64,000 nucleotides of DNA from Octopus sinensis (taxonomy: Eukaryota), in NCBI RefSeq assembly GCF_006345805.1, contig NC_043002.1, forward strand, positions 109,678,001 to 109,742,000, in the 5' to 3' direction. This document shows positions 51,944 through 63,859 of this stretch, piece by piece (within the stretch, counting starts at the first letter, position 1; each line of letters opens with the position of its first letter). Below the pieces are notes generated by a model, which saw only the letters and a list, made by a program, of their open reading frames with translations, ran no database searches and had not been told where the DNA came from. Made by a program: the position numbers and the translations under genes.

Positions 51944-52902
51944 ATTAATTCACAAGTCCCTTCAAAAGAGGGACGCGGATTCTCGGTATTTCCAGGGGAA
52001 AGACGCAGAGCTGAAAAATCTGAATTCTTGGTGGGTAGGCAAACTAAACCTACCCGACATTTCCCCATAATTTGGTACATCCCTCCACACGTTTGGTGCA
52101 GACCACGAAGGCAGACTACACAACAACCACAGTCGTCTTTAATCCTCAGCTCGGTCGGGCACTGTAAGAAGGTTCCACCCTCATGGGGGCATCTTGTAGG
52201 GTCACAAGGGGGACAAGACGTGCCGACAGATGACGGCGACGGCAAGGGAAGTAATAGCCAAGGCGCTTGCGACGACGACGAATTGAAAATGGCAACGTAA
52301 GGTCCGGCCGTTGAGTTCGAGGCGACGTTTGAATCCGTCGAAGTTTCGAAGGTTTCGTTTGACAAATCTGTTCGAGATGATATTGGATGAAAAAAGTCAT
52401 TGGGTTCGCTTTCAGCAGGAACATGCTTTTTAATGATAGTTTTACGTTGATACTGTACATAGTTCTGTGGTTGCCTACGCAAATGTCGGCGTCCCACCCC
52501 AGTATCTCGTCCCTTGTCACCCTCCCGCCCGCTGGCTTTGAAATAACTGTCATTTTGTCGCTGTGGCACCAACCAGCGACGTTCAGTCACATTGACTTGC
52601 TCTCGCAGGTAGACGGAGGGTGCGGTATAGTTGCTCACAGTCGCTTTATCCGGCAGTTTTGCTGCCAAGAATGTAGGGTTTGAATCTGACCGATTCGCAT
52701 CGGTTTCAGAAATGGCGGGCTGCGAGCCGTCAGGTGACGACGGCAGGACCAACAGTCTGTTGTCACCGCCGGCCGATAGCGTCGGTGATGTTGTGGCGTT
52801 GATGAGTTCCGACGACGTCGTAGTTGACAACAACGCGAAGATTAGAAATATGAATGTAGTGTAGATTAAAGTTGAGAAGGTAGACATTCTTCTTCGTGAC
52901 AT
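51942..52902 (-). CDS. CRIM1: First coding exon of a secreted/membrane IGFBP-N (IB) domain protein, CRIM1-like (cysteine-rich motor neuron 1-like); 3'-partial
   Basis: ATG at 52902 (MSRRRMSTFSTLIYTTFIFLIFALLSTTTSS, hydrophobic signal peptide), open for 320 codons. IB domain at 52215-51952: CPPCDPTRC...CPTELRIKDDCGCCVVC...TCGG...GKCRVGLVC...GTCE. The exon ends ATA G|GTAAGT (phase-1 donor, intron starts at 51941). The domain ends in G-x-C-E followed by a phase-1 intron, as in CRIM1, rather than running into a Kazal domain as in IGFBP7. The coding call is strong. The CRIM1 identity is tentative (~0.6) because the VWC/antistasin exons are not seen. Confidence 0.85.
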
Positions 52903-52973
52903 CTTGCTGGGATTGAACTTGGTAAGTAGACTTAATAACCATGCTGGCAGAGGCCAGGAGGCAAGACTGGAAT

Positions 52974-52996
52974 CTGGAGAGAGAGAGAGAGAAAAA
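52974..52996 (-). promoter_or_regulatory. Splice acceptor (polypyrimidine tract + CAG) upstream of the IB-domain exon
   Basis: Minus strand reads ...TTTTTCTCTCTCTCTCTCTCCAG|ATTCCAG; the exon would begin at 52973, 71 nt before the ATG. This implies an upstream, probably 5'UTR, exon. Confidence 0.6.
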
Positions 52997-53640
52997 TGAG
53001 GTTGTATATATATAAGATTAGAATGAGAGATGGAGGGTGGTGGTGGTGGTGGTGGAGATGCAGGGTGTGAGGTAAGGAGGAGCGGAGAAGGAAGGAGGGA
53101 AGTAGGGAGAGGGTAGGAGAGAGAGAGAGAGTTAAAGAAAAACAACAAAAACATGCCAATGTGTGTGTGTATGTGTGTGTTAATGAAAATGGATGTCTAT
53201 ATTGTTATATACAGATATGTAAGTTTTGGGTTGGCCAAGATATTTTTACGACATTGTTAAATACACATTACATCAATATTTATACCCACAAAAATCCCAT
53301 ATATAAACTCATGTTTTTTTTTAAAAAGCCAGATCCTTATTCTGTCTCTTTTTTGCCGAATCGGTATCTTACGGGGACGTAAATAAACTAACAACGGTTG
53401 TGAAACGGAGGTCGGGAAAGCACACACACACACTGTATTCACCACCCGTGATCTGCTTTTTCATTGAGCCATCTTCATCACTAACATCAACCGAGTTCAA
53501 ATGCCGCCGAAGTCGACTTTGCCTTTCATCCTTTCGAGGTCGGATAAAATAAATTACCAGTGAAACAACTGGAGTCGATGTAATTGACTAGTCCCTTCCC
53601 CCACCCCCAAATTCCAGGCCTTGTGCCTTTAGTAGAAATG

Positions 53641-53699
<59 letters not shown>

Positions 53700-53824
53700 T
53701 CACTCCCGCTCTCTCGTTTATACACACCTTTATTTGTCCTACCACCCACCACCGCCGACATCATCAACACCGTCACTGTCATTCATAACGACGTTCATTT
53801 CTTCATCCTACTTGTTTATATATG

Positions 53825-53889
<65 letters not shown>

Positions 53890-55132
53890 TATATATATAT
53901 TTATATATATTTCTCGCAGCCAGCCAAACCCCTACACATCACCTACCCCTGCATAAACCCCCTCCCCCATATGCCATCTCCAACATCTTTTATCTTTTAC
54001 TACTACTTGTCTTTCCTTCCATCCTACACACACACGCGCGCGCGCGCAACCTCACCTCACACATCTATATCACACACACACACACACACACACGTAAACA
54101 TTCTTATCACACTCACACACATAACTCTACCCTCACCTTATATAAATATATATATATATATATATAATATATATATACAAGATATACATAGCAGTATATT
54201 GGATATATGTTATCCCATGGGGGTTGCATTTACAACCCCATCTCAATTTGTATATATATATATATAGATATATATATACCCAACACACACACGTCTCACA
54301 TATATATATATATATATTATATATATATATATATATATAATATATATTAACACATACCTGCGAAAACACATATACCCTACACAAGTCCCCATTCACATAC
54401 ATACGTTCACACAGTCACATGCCTCCAGCCCAAGATATATATACACCCTACACACAGAAATATATAAGGTTATATACCAACATACCCCCACGCCATGATC
54501 TACAAAAACCCTACACACATATACTCAACGGGTTCATTCTATTTAAACTCAGCCCCTTTCCCAGCCCCCAAACTGTTCCTTCTCTTATCACATGCCCTCG
54601 TTCATATAAACACCCCACAAACACACCTACCCTGTTCTCACACCATGATTATAGCTACCCCAAAAAAGAACTGCGGGAAATACCTGTAAAATCTGCCTCG
54701 AATAACACGCTACCATAAAATAAAAAAACTAACATTAAATAATCCAATCCAAATATCTCTGAACAGATTGGATTGTCACGGATGGAATCAGTTTTATGAT
54801 AGGTTTACTGGTTGAAGGAATACCTGGGGTTAAGCAACAATAACACACACAAACACACACATACATATAGATGCATGCGTGCATGCAGACATATACACAC
54901 AAACACAGACGCACACACACACACACACACACACAGAGGGGCAGGCGTGGCTATGTGGATAAGAAGCTTGTTTCCCAAACATGCGATCTTGGGTTCAACC
55001 CCATTGCACAGCTTCTGTTATAGCCCCGGGTAGACAGAAACTGAAAGAAACCCGTCGTGTGCCTGCGTGTGCGTGTTTGTGTGTGTGTATGTATGTGCGT
55101 GTGTGCGCGGATGTGTGTGTGTGAATGCCCCA

Positions 55133-55470
55133 GTATAAAAGAGTGTATGTACGTATATTTTATGTATGTATACATAAAAGAGTATGTATGTATATTTTAT
55201 GTATGTATACATAAAATAGTGTATGTATGTATATTTTATGTATGTATACATAAAAGAGTGTATGTATGTATATTTTATGTATGTATACATAAAAGAGTGT
55301 ATGTATGTATATTTTATGTATGTATACATAAAAGAGTGTATGTATGTATATTTTATGTATGTATACATAAAAGAGTGTATGTATGTATATTTTATGTATG
55401 TATACATAAAAGAGTGTATGTATGTATATTTTATGTATGTATACATAAAAGAGTGTATGTATGTATATTT
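55133..55470. repeat. 39-bp minisatellite (~8.5 copies) inside a family B SINE (54935-55660)
   Basis: Unit GTATACATAAAAGAGTGTATGTATGTATATTTTATGTAT; gives a 13-aa periodic spurious ORF. Confidence 0.9.
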
Positions 55471-55986
55471 CAGTGTCTGTGTTGCTTGTCATCCCCACCA
55501 CTGCTTGACAACCGATGCTGGTTTGTTTTCGTGCACGTAACTTAGCGGTTCGGTAAAAGCCTCCGATAGAATAAGTCTTTATTTCTGTATTGTTCAACTG
55601 AAACCCTTCAAGGTGGTGCCCCAGCATGGCCGCAGTTTAACGACCGAAACAGACAAAAGACGCACACATACTGAATAACACCTCGGATCTACCTGGGTCA
55701 GCTAGCGTCCATCATCGTCTCCTTGAAGGCTCCCACCCACCACGGCTCTGACGGTCAGTTACACACACGCGCACGACTTGGAGAGGTTTTCTGGAAAGTC
55801 CTCAAGTCCTCAATTAAGTTGCTCAACACAAAAACACGTGCTTTGATGAATGAAAGCGATGAATGACGGGCGGGGGAGGGACACAAGTCGACAGTACACG
55901 TGAGTGCATATGTATATGCATGTGTGTAGAACTGTGTATTTGTATGCAGACAATACATTACACACACACACACACACATACACACA

Positions 55987-56042
<56 letters not shown>

Positions 56043-56096
56043 TCTCCCAGCGTTCACCACGTACAGGTGCGTGCATCCATGTATATAATTCTACAT

Positions 56097-56500
56097 ATAG
56101 GCGCAGGAGTGGCTGTGTGGTAAGTAGCTTGCTAACCGACCACATGGTTCCGGGTTCAGTCCCACTGCGTGGCATCTTGGGCAAGTGTCTTCTGCTATAG
56201 CCCCGGGCCGACCAATGCCTTGTGAGTGGATTTGGTAGACCGGAAACTGAAAGAAGCCTGTCGTTATATGTATAATATATGTGTGTGTATATGTTGTGTG
56301 TCTGTGTGTTTGTCCTCTTAGCATTGCTTGACAACCGATGCTGGTGTGTTTACGTCCCCGTTACTTAGCGGTTCGGCAAAACAGACCGATAGAATAAGTA
56401 CTGGGCTTACAAAGAATAAGTCCCGGGGTCGATTTGCTCGACTAAAGGCGGTGCTCCAGCATGGCCGCAGTCAAATGACTGAAACAAGTAAAAGAGTAAA
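56097..56500 (+). mobile_element. SINE family B, full length (reference copy)
   Basis: AGGCGCAGGAGTGGCTGTGTGGTAAG head, CTTGGGCAAGTGTCTT CORE-like segment, microsatellite, tail ...GCGGTGCTCCAGCATGGCCGCAGTCAAATGACTGAAACAAGTAAAAGAG. Confidence 0.9.
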
Positions 56501-56992
56501 GAGAGTATATTGTGTGTATGTCTGTGAGTGTATATATATGTATTTGTGTGTATATACATATTATTTTCTGTTATGTTTATATCTTTCACTTGTTCCAATC
56601 AGTGGACTGTGGCCATGCTGTAGCACCGCCTTGACGGGTTTAGTCGAACAAATTGCCGCAGGACTCATGTTTCTTTTAAAAGCCAGGTCCTTATTCTGTC
56701 TCTTTTTTGCCGAATCGGTAGCTTACGGGGACGTAAATAAACTAACAACGGTTGTGAAGCGGTGGTCGGGAAAGCACACACACACACATCCATACACACA
56801 CACACATGGGTCAATGGAACTTCTTTCACTCACAAAGGTTTGGTCGGACCAGGGCCATAACAGAAGACATTTTCCTTAGATACTACGCAGCGGTTTGAAC
56901 CCTGAACGATGTGGTTGAGAAGCAAACTTCTTACTATATACAGCCACGCCTGCACCTAAAAGTTGGAGTGTACAATACAATTATACAACCAC

Positions 56993-57045
56993 TGCCCTCA
57001 ACGGGATTCGAACTCACGACTGCTGGTTTACGAGACCTGTGCTCT
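56993..57045 (-). tRNA. tRNA-Thr(CGT)-like 3' portion (5' end lost in the assembly gap); possibly a pseudogene
   Basis: Minus: AGAGCA-CAGGT-CTCGTAA-ACCAG-CAGTC-GTGAG-TTCGAAT-CCCGT-TGAGGGC-A; anticodon CGT; mismatches in the anticodon and T stems. Confidence 0.55.
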
Positions 57046-57145
57046 NNNNNNNNNNNNNNNNNNNNNNNNNNNNNNNNNNNNNNNNNNNNNNNNNNNNNNN
57101 NNNNNNNNNNNNNNNNNNNNNNNNNNNNNNNNNNNNNNNNNNNNN
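57046..57145. other. Assembly gap (100 N)
   Basis: Run of N. Confidence 1.
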
Positions 57146-57384
57146 CTACGATTAAAAAAAAAATTTACAATAATTTTTTTCCCCATTTTTAATGCATTTT
57201 TTGGCTATTATCTAAGGGAGTAACTCTCTAAAAATGTATTATTAATCTCAGAACGTAAAAAGCTACAGTAACGCCCGCCTTTTGTGGTTAGCCATATTGA
57301 GATGGCTATTATACTTTACATCTCTAAAATGCTTCTATAGTTATTTCCCTTACAAACCCGAGCAACGCCGGGCGATACTGCTAG
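57146..57384 (+). mobile_element. Non-autonomous Helitron 3' part (longer variant)
   Basis: Ends ...TTCCCTTACAAACCCGAGCAACGCCGGGCGATACTGCTAG|T, identical to the terminus of the 7115 and 17595 copies. Confidence 0.8.
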
Positions 57385-57699
57385 TATACATATGCGTGTG
57401 TGTGTTTGTTTTGTGTTCGCCTCTCACTGCTCAACAAACCTGTGTTAGTTTGTTTACGTCTGTAACCGTGTGTTTGTGCTTTATAGAAAATGATAGAATA
57501 AGAACCAGATTTAAAATTAATATTGAGACCAACTCATCAAGGTGCTATAGCTCCAGTATGGCTGCGGTCTAATGACTGAAACAAATTAAGGAGTAAAGAG
57601 TGAACCCTCCATAAACCGTACATATGGGGTGAAGTTGTCTGCTTAAGAAGATTGTCCGATTTAACCGTCGGCGGGGTTAGTGTAATAGGTGTGTATATA

Positions 57700-57731
<32 letters not shown>

Positions 57732-58444
57732 TATAATAAAACTTTATATATAAAGAACGTGAAATACACGAAGTGACGAACACGGAAAACAGACAAGTCA
57801 TTCGAAGCCTTCATTCTTCAGTCAGAAACCGAATCATCATGGCAAATTTCGGCTGTTTAATTCTGAGATTTGCTCCAAAACGGCCAGCCCCAAGGAAAAA
57901 CGAAGCTGTGGGCATTAGATTTCTTTGGTAGAAGGAAAGAATGTGAACGCAACAGAGACGAATATGAAACAAGAAACGAAGATAAAATTGGAAACAGTAA
58001 CGGTTAAAAACAAGGGGCGTCTTACGACTTTGAGACAAAATGAGACAAAAACAATTGATCAGCAAGCGTGGAAAGCAATTATATATATACATACACTGTA
58101 TAACGAACATGATAAACGCTGACAAAAAATAATGTAAACATTATATGTAATAAATGGTATAATTATAAACTGGGCAAATTTTAGCCATTTCTCCGCAGAC
58201 TGAAAAAAATGAACAACCTTAAACTATTTTTATTGAGTTCTCACCAAAAGCGTCCACGTCAGTCTAACAATCTCCAGAAAAAAAGCAAGCAGCCAATCTA
58301 TTTATATACTTAACAAATGCAGCAGTTACTCTATGAAGGGGTCCCTAATTTGCATATCGAAAGTGTTTAACACTCTATAAATACCAGTGGCCTGTCAATG
58401 GGGATCTTAGTCCACACAGTATTAAGGTATGATATAATATATAT

Positions 58445-58690
58445 ATGTAACGTATGGTATAAAATGGAGGTGTGTAGTTTAGTGGTTTGGGTGTTGGACT
58501 CATGGTCGTAAGATTGTGGTTTCGATTCCTGGACCTGGTGATGCGTTGTGTTCTTGAGCAAAACACTTAATTTCCCGTTGCTTCAGTCTAAAACGAATAA
58601 TCCTGCGACGGACCGGCGGGAATTTATACGCCATTGAAACGGGGAAACCGGTCATCACGAGCCTAGCGTGGCTCGAGAAGGAAACATTTA
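58445..58690 (+). mobile_element. Diverged tRNA-derived SINE
   Basis: GGAGGTGTGTAG.TTAGTGGTT...GGTTTCGATTCCTGG...TTCTTGAGCAAAACACTT. Confidence 0.65.
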
Positions 58691-59109
58691 TTTTATGAAA
58701 CATAAATATATATATCGGATAAAAATATTAGAGTTTGTAAACATGAAGAAGTTAATTCTGCAAGTTGTTATGTGTGGCACACAATAGATGAAGTAGATTC
58801 GGGAGGGGCGGTGGAGTTAGATACACGGGCGATGGCTTGTTGCTATGTGTTAACAGAAGCATGAGACTCCATTTCCTTGCCTCTATCGCCCAAGAATGTT
58901 AGGTGATTGAAGAAGAGGCTGCTGTTGCTGCTGCTGTTGAGCGAACGGTCTTCGTCCCAGAGCTCGCAAGATGGGAGAAGTCCGAAACGTGTTCCTTTGC
59001 TATTCGTAAGACCCGCAGAAGAGAAAGCAGGTCAACTCCTGACACCGAGATCATCGAGGGGTGGATGAATGCGCATTCAGGCTCAGCGGTTGCGTAGGAA
59101 GTCGGACAA

Positions 59110-59304
59110 GAAACAGGAAAAAAGAGTGTGAGAAAGTTGGAGCGAAATAGTACAACAGGAGTCGCCACCATCTCCTGCCGGAGCCTCGTGGAGATTTAGG
59201 TGTTTTCGCTCAATAAACATTCATAACGCCCGGTCTGGGAATCGAAACCGCGATCCTCCGACTGCGAGTCCGCTGCCCTAACCACTGGGCCATTGCACCT
59301 CCAC
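59110..59304 (-). mobile_element. tRNA(Arg)-like SINE, 5' part
   Basis: Reverse complement of GTGGAGG(T/C)GCAATGGCCCAGTGGTTAGGGCAGCGGACTCG. Confidence 0.85.
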
Positions 59305-59899
59305 TGAAGAAGGGGCTGAATCGACAGCAGATGACTCACCATGTATCACCAACAGATTTACGAGTCTCAGCAAAGTTTGAATAAATTAACCTGAAGAAGT
59401 CTAGTTGCTTTCTTGCTTATTCCAGAGAATAAGTTCCCTCAAATTTTGCCTTTAAAGCTCTCTGATGTTGATAATGGCGCTGAAGATCATTTTCTGTTGA
59501 TAATTCAGTGTAAAAAAAAAAAAATTAAGATATCAAAAGTTTCCTATATGACAGAAAATCAGTGTTTCTCATAGGGGGTGGTCTTTATGAGGATTGAAAT
59601 GCAGACGGAAACTTGCCCTGACTAATAAAATCAATATGGTTTAAAAGTTTTTTAATTTGTCTAATACCAAAGAAAGAATAATTATTTAGATGCAAAATCT
59701 TTTATAAAGAAGAGAAGGACGGATTCAGTATTATCGTTTGAGAGAAGAGGTATTCATCAGTTTAAGATTCACTGCTATACACCGTCAGGACGACGCGGAC
59801 TCTGCATGCCGCAACGATGGTACCCCATCTAAGAAAAAGAGTTATTTGAATAAAAACTGCTACAATGTATAGGCGGCACTTAGTTGTTTTAGAGAACAT

Positions 59900-60420
59900 C
59901 TATCGTGGTGGTGGCAAAATGAAAATGTACCCAGTCTGTGCAGCAATGTAGTTGGGTGGAAACCTATAAAAACATTACTGTCAAATCAATCAGCAACACC
60001 AGGGCTTTCACCTTTAGCATTGACATGAGGATATTTTAAAGATGCGATTCTAGAATCTAGAATGTGTGTTGTGTACATGAGGTAGGATGGAGGGAATCCT
60101 CAGTCATACCCCCCAAGAACAAGAAATACGTGTACAAATTCTTTTGGCTCAGCAACAGAGCTGTAATAAGTAGAACAGGCATGTCAATGGCAGAGAAATG
60201 GATAAAATAACTGAAGTTTTCATAGTCTGTGGTAGAATAGTTAAACGTAAATTAGTCATAGACATCATGACATCAACAGTTATCTCTACATTTGCTCTAC
60301 AGTCACAACTGACAGATGAGCAAAATGACTGTTTGTATGAAATCCTCTCACAGATCACCTTGATAATAAATGACAGTAATCTCATTACTACGGCTGGTGA
60401 TTTATGAGTTGGGATGGCTG
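59900..60420 (+). pseudogene. RTE LINE 5' remnant (AP endonuclease)
   Basis: VCCVHEVGWR (cf. CC.QE.RW), YKFFW, TVISTFALQSQLTDEQNDCLYEIL...LITTAGDL (cf. IISAYAPQ...DE.KD.FY...AGDFN). Confidence 0.75.
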
Positions 60421-60910
60421 TTCTGCTATATATTAAGTCTATGTTTGTGGTAAATAAAATAAAGAAGGGTGAATAAGCTTGGAGTGCTGTGATGCAAATG
60501 ACCTACTTATTTGCAACGCTAATTTCAGAAAACCGGTAAAGCTTCTGATCACCTACCACTTGAATGAACATGCAAACTAGACCTTCTCGCGAAAATGAGA
60601 TATAAAGTTGGTTGTGGATGCTAAGTATTTCTGAAAAAAAAAAAACCATGTTGCGCTCAACTGAGTTTAGTGATGAGTGACTTCAGAGTAAGAGTTAGAC
60701 AAACTGAGGGAGACTTGAAAATCTGCAGTGGGAAGATATGGCAACCGAAAGACTTCTCAGCTAGACGTAGATTCAAAAAAGTACTTGGTGACGTGTAAGT
60801 GAAAAAGAATTGTCTTATACATTATAGGCTTTTGTGTTATGGAGTTATAACGTAGAAGACAACAGAGAATTTGTATCAAACTATCAAACTACGAACTGCT
60901 CGCCATCAAC

Positions 60911-61068
60911 CAGGGGCGGACTGAAAGTATTAAGGGCCCTCGGGTATAACTGTTTACCGGGCCCCTTTGATTATGTGTTTTAGTAGAGTTAACATGTAGA
61001 GTGCGGGCCCCTCAGAGCTCTGGGCTCTCGGGCCGTACCCGATTGACCGATGGCTCAGTCCGCCCCTG
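60911..61068. mobile_element. hAT-type MITE (158 bp)
   Basis: Perfect 14-bp TIR CAGGGGCGGACTGA / TCAGTCCGCCCCTG; 8-bp TSD CCATCAAC (60903-10) / CCATCGAC (61069-76). Confidence 0.9.
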
Positions 61069-61258
61069 CCATCGACCATATCTTTGGGTGGGTCCAGATT
61101 CTAGCGAAACAGAAGGTAACATGGTTGTAGAATGATAAGGTAGATGGAGCCTCTAAAAAACTAAGACAGGCCTAGAAAGAAATAGAAAAGGGTATATTTG
61201 GAACAAGCAACGGTGTCACAAGAGTTGATGCCACACAAGGGCGGTAACTCGTGGTTAC

Positions 61259-61610
61259 AAGGCGGCGAGCTGGCAGAAACGGTAGCACGCCGGGCGAAAT
61301 GCTTAGCGGGTCGATAAATTAAGTACCAGTTACGCACTGGGGTCGATGTAATCGACTTTATACGTTTGTCAGTCCTTGTTTGTCCCCTCTGTGTTTAGCC
61401 CCTTGTGGGTAGTAAAGAAATAGGTATTTCGACTGCGTTACGTTGTGAGTTCAAATTCCGCCGAGGTCGACTTTGCCTTTCATCCTTTCGGGGTCGATAA
61501 ATTAAGTACCAGTTACGCACTGGGGTCGATGTAATCGACTTAATACCTATGTCTGTCCTTGTTTGTCCCCTCTGTGTTTAGCCCCTTGTGGGTAATAAAG
61601 AAATAGGTAA
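61259..61610 (+). mobile_element. Family A SINE, partially duplicated (head + deleted body + full body)
   Basis: Same GAAATAGG|TATTTCG junction as the 47465 array; another full copy at 61826-62060. Confidence 0.85.
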
Positions 61611-62426
61611 CTCCTGGAATCACCTCTTCCATGCACTACTTCCTCTATTAGACCACATAAAATTCTTACCAATGTTTTTTTTTTTAATACTAATGTTGTA
61701 AATCGTAATACCCGCATTCACTGAATGGATTAGTGACAGAAATAACTGGCAAAATTCAAATGAAATCTGTAAATTACATCATCATATTCACAGCTTACAT
61801 GCGTGTGTTTATATTTACATATTTTAAGGCAGCGAGCTGGCAGAAACGGTAGCACGCCGGACGAAATGCGTAGCCGTATTTCGTCAGCCGTTACGTTCTG
61901 AGTTCAAATTCCGCCGAGGTCGACTTTGCCTTTCATCCTTTCGGGGTCGATTAAATAAGTACCAGTTACGTACTGGGGTCGATATAATCGACTTAATCCG
62001 TTTGTCTGTCCTTGTTTGTCCTCTCTGTGTTTAGCCCCTTGTGGGTAGTAAAGAAATAGGTATTTCGTCCGTCTTCACGTTCAAATTCCGCCGTGGTGGA
62101 CTTTACCTTTCATCCATTCAGGGTCGATAATATAAGTACCAGCTGGATACTAGGGTCGATGTAATCGACTGGCCCCCTCCTCCCTCAAAATTGCTAGCCT
62201 TGTGCCAAAATTCGAAACCAACATTTATTTGTAGTTAAAATGAAAATTCGGTAACCCCCCCCCAAAAAAAAAAACCTCAACCAAAACACAAAACAAGGAA
62301 ATTCGAAAGAAAATCGTTTAATAGCTCCATAAAAACTGTGTTGATTTTTAAAGATTAAAGATAATTTTAAATGTGATATATTCATGGATTAGGTTTCTAA
62401 TTTACGTAACTTGTTTTCTACAAAAA

Positions 62427-62678
62427 CCGAAATGGAGGTGTATGAAGGGGTATGGCGTACACCCGAAATGGCGGTGTATGAAGGGGTATGGCGTACACCC
62501 GAAATGGCGGTGTATGAAGGGGTATGGCGTACACCCGAAATGGCGGTGTATGAAGGGGTATGGCGTACACCCGAAATGGCGGTGTATGAAGGGGTATGGC
62601 GTACACCCGAAATGGCGGTGTATGAAGGGGTATGGCGTACACCCGAAATGGCGGTGTATGAAGGGGTATAGCGTACAC
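62427..62678. repeat. 36-bp GC-rich minisatellite, 7 copies
   Basis: Unit CCGAAATGGCGGTGTATGAAGGGGTATGGCGTACAC; only the first and last units carry single substitutions. Confidence 0.95.
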
Positions 62679-62709
62679 CCTCTATTCTGTTTCCCAGTTG
62701 TTTTTCTTT

Positions 62710-62909
62710 CATACTCTTTTACTTGTTTCAGTCATTTGTCTGCGGCCATGCTGGAGCACCGCATTTTAGTCGAGCAAATCGACCCCGGGACTTATTCTTT
62801 GTAAGCCCATACTTATTATATCGTCTCTTAGCCGAACTGCTAAGTTACGGGACGTAAACACACCAGTATCGGTTGTCAAGCAATGCTAGGGAACAAACAC
62901 AGATAACAC

Positions 62910-62958
<49 letters not shown>

Positions 62959-63126
62959 TATATACGACAGGCTTCTTTCAGTTTCCGTCTACCAAATCCA
63001 CTCACAAGGCATTGGTCGGCCCGGGCTATAGCAGAAGACACTTGCCCAAGATGCCACGCTGTGGACTGAACCCAGACCATGTGTTGGTTAGCAAGCTACT
63101 TACACACACAGCTACTCCTGCGCCTT
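62710..63126 (-). mobile_element. SINE family B, full length
   Basis: Near-consensus reverse copy; a further 3' half lies at 63200-63390. Confidence 0.9.
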
Positions 63127-63466
63127 ATCTTTGCTCAATGTCTACAAATTGAGAGGCGTTTATAAACTTCCCTTCGTCAAGCTACCATTACTCTCTCTTT
63201 TTAACTCTTTCACTTGTTTCAGTCGTTTGACTGCGGCCATGCTGGTGCACCACCTTCAGTCGAGAAATCGACCCCAGGACTTATTCTATCGGTCTCTTTG
63301 GCCGAACCGCTAAAGTTACGGGGACGTAAACACACCAGTATCGGTTGTCAAGCGATGTTGGGGGGGGGGGACAAACCGACACACAAACATATACACACAC
63401 ACACCATATATATATATATATTATATATATATATATTATATATATATATATATTATAATATATATA

Positions 63467-63510
<44 letters not shown>

Positions 63511-63536
63511 TTTATATATATAATATATATTATATA

Positions 63537-63583
<47 letters not shown>

Positions 63584-63821
63584 ATATATTTAATTCTTAT
63601 GCTTTCCTAAAACTTGATTTCGAACGTACGTCCGTAGATAACTAAAAAATGTATGATAGATTGCAGTCAATTCATTCTCTCTTACCTGTTTGTGTCTGCC
63701 TTCCAAATGCTGTTTTTACTGAGATCTCCCTTTTAGTAGAAGAAATAGCTATAACCCTTTGACTGCTATTTCTAAATTCGGTATGTGGTAAGGCAATTCG
63801 TTGCTAAACCCTTATTGCTTA

Positions 63822-63859
<38 letters not shown>

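Noticed and set aside
52903-53154. N-terminal 84 aa of the 416-aa ORF
   Set aside because: It starts at a non-ATG codon and runs through CT/CCA low-complexity DNA and a splice acceptor. The signal peptide begins at ATG 52902.
58830-59100. ORFs 58899-59171 (-) and 58903-59097 (+)
   Set aside because: No domain or splice support; possibly a decayed LINE tail, but too weak to call.
62427-62678. CRISPR-like 36-bp repeats
   Set aside because: The repeats are contiguous with no spacers, there are no cas genes, and the context is eukaryotic.
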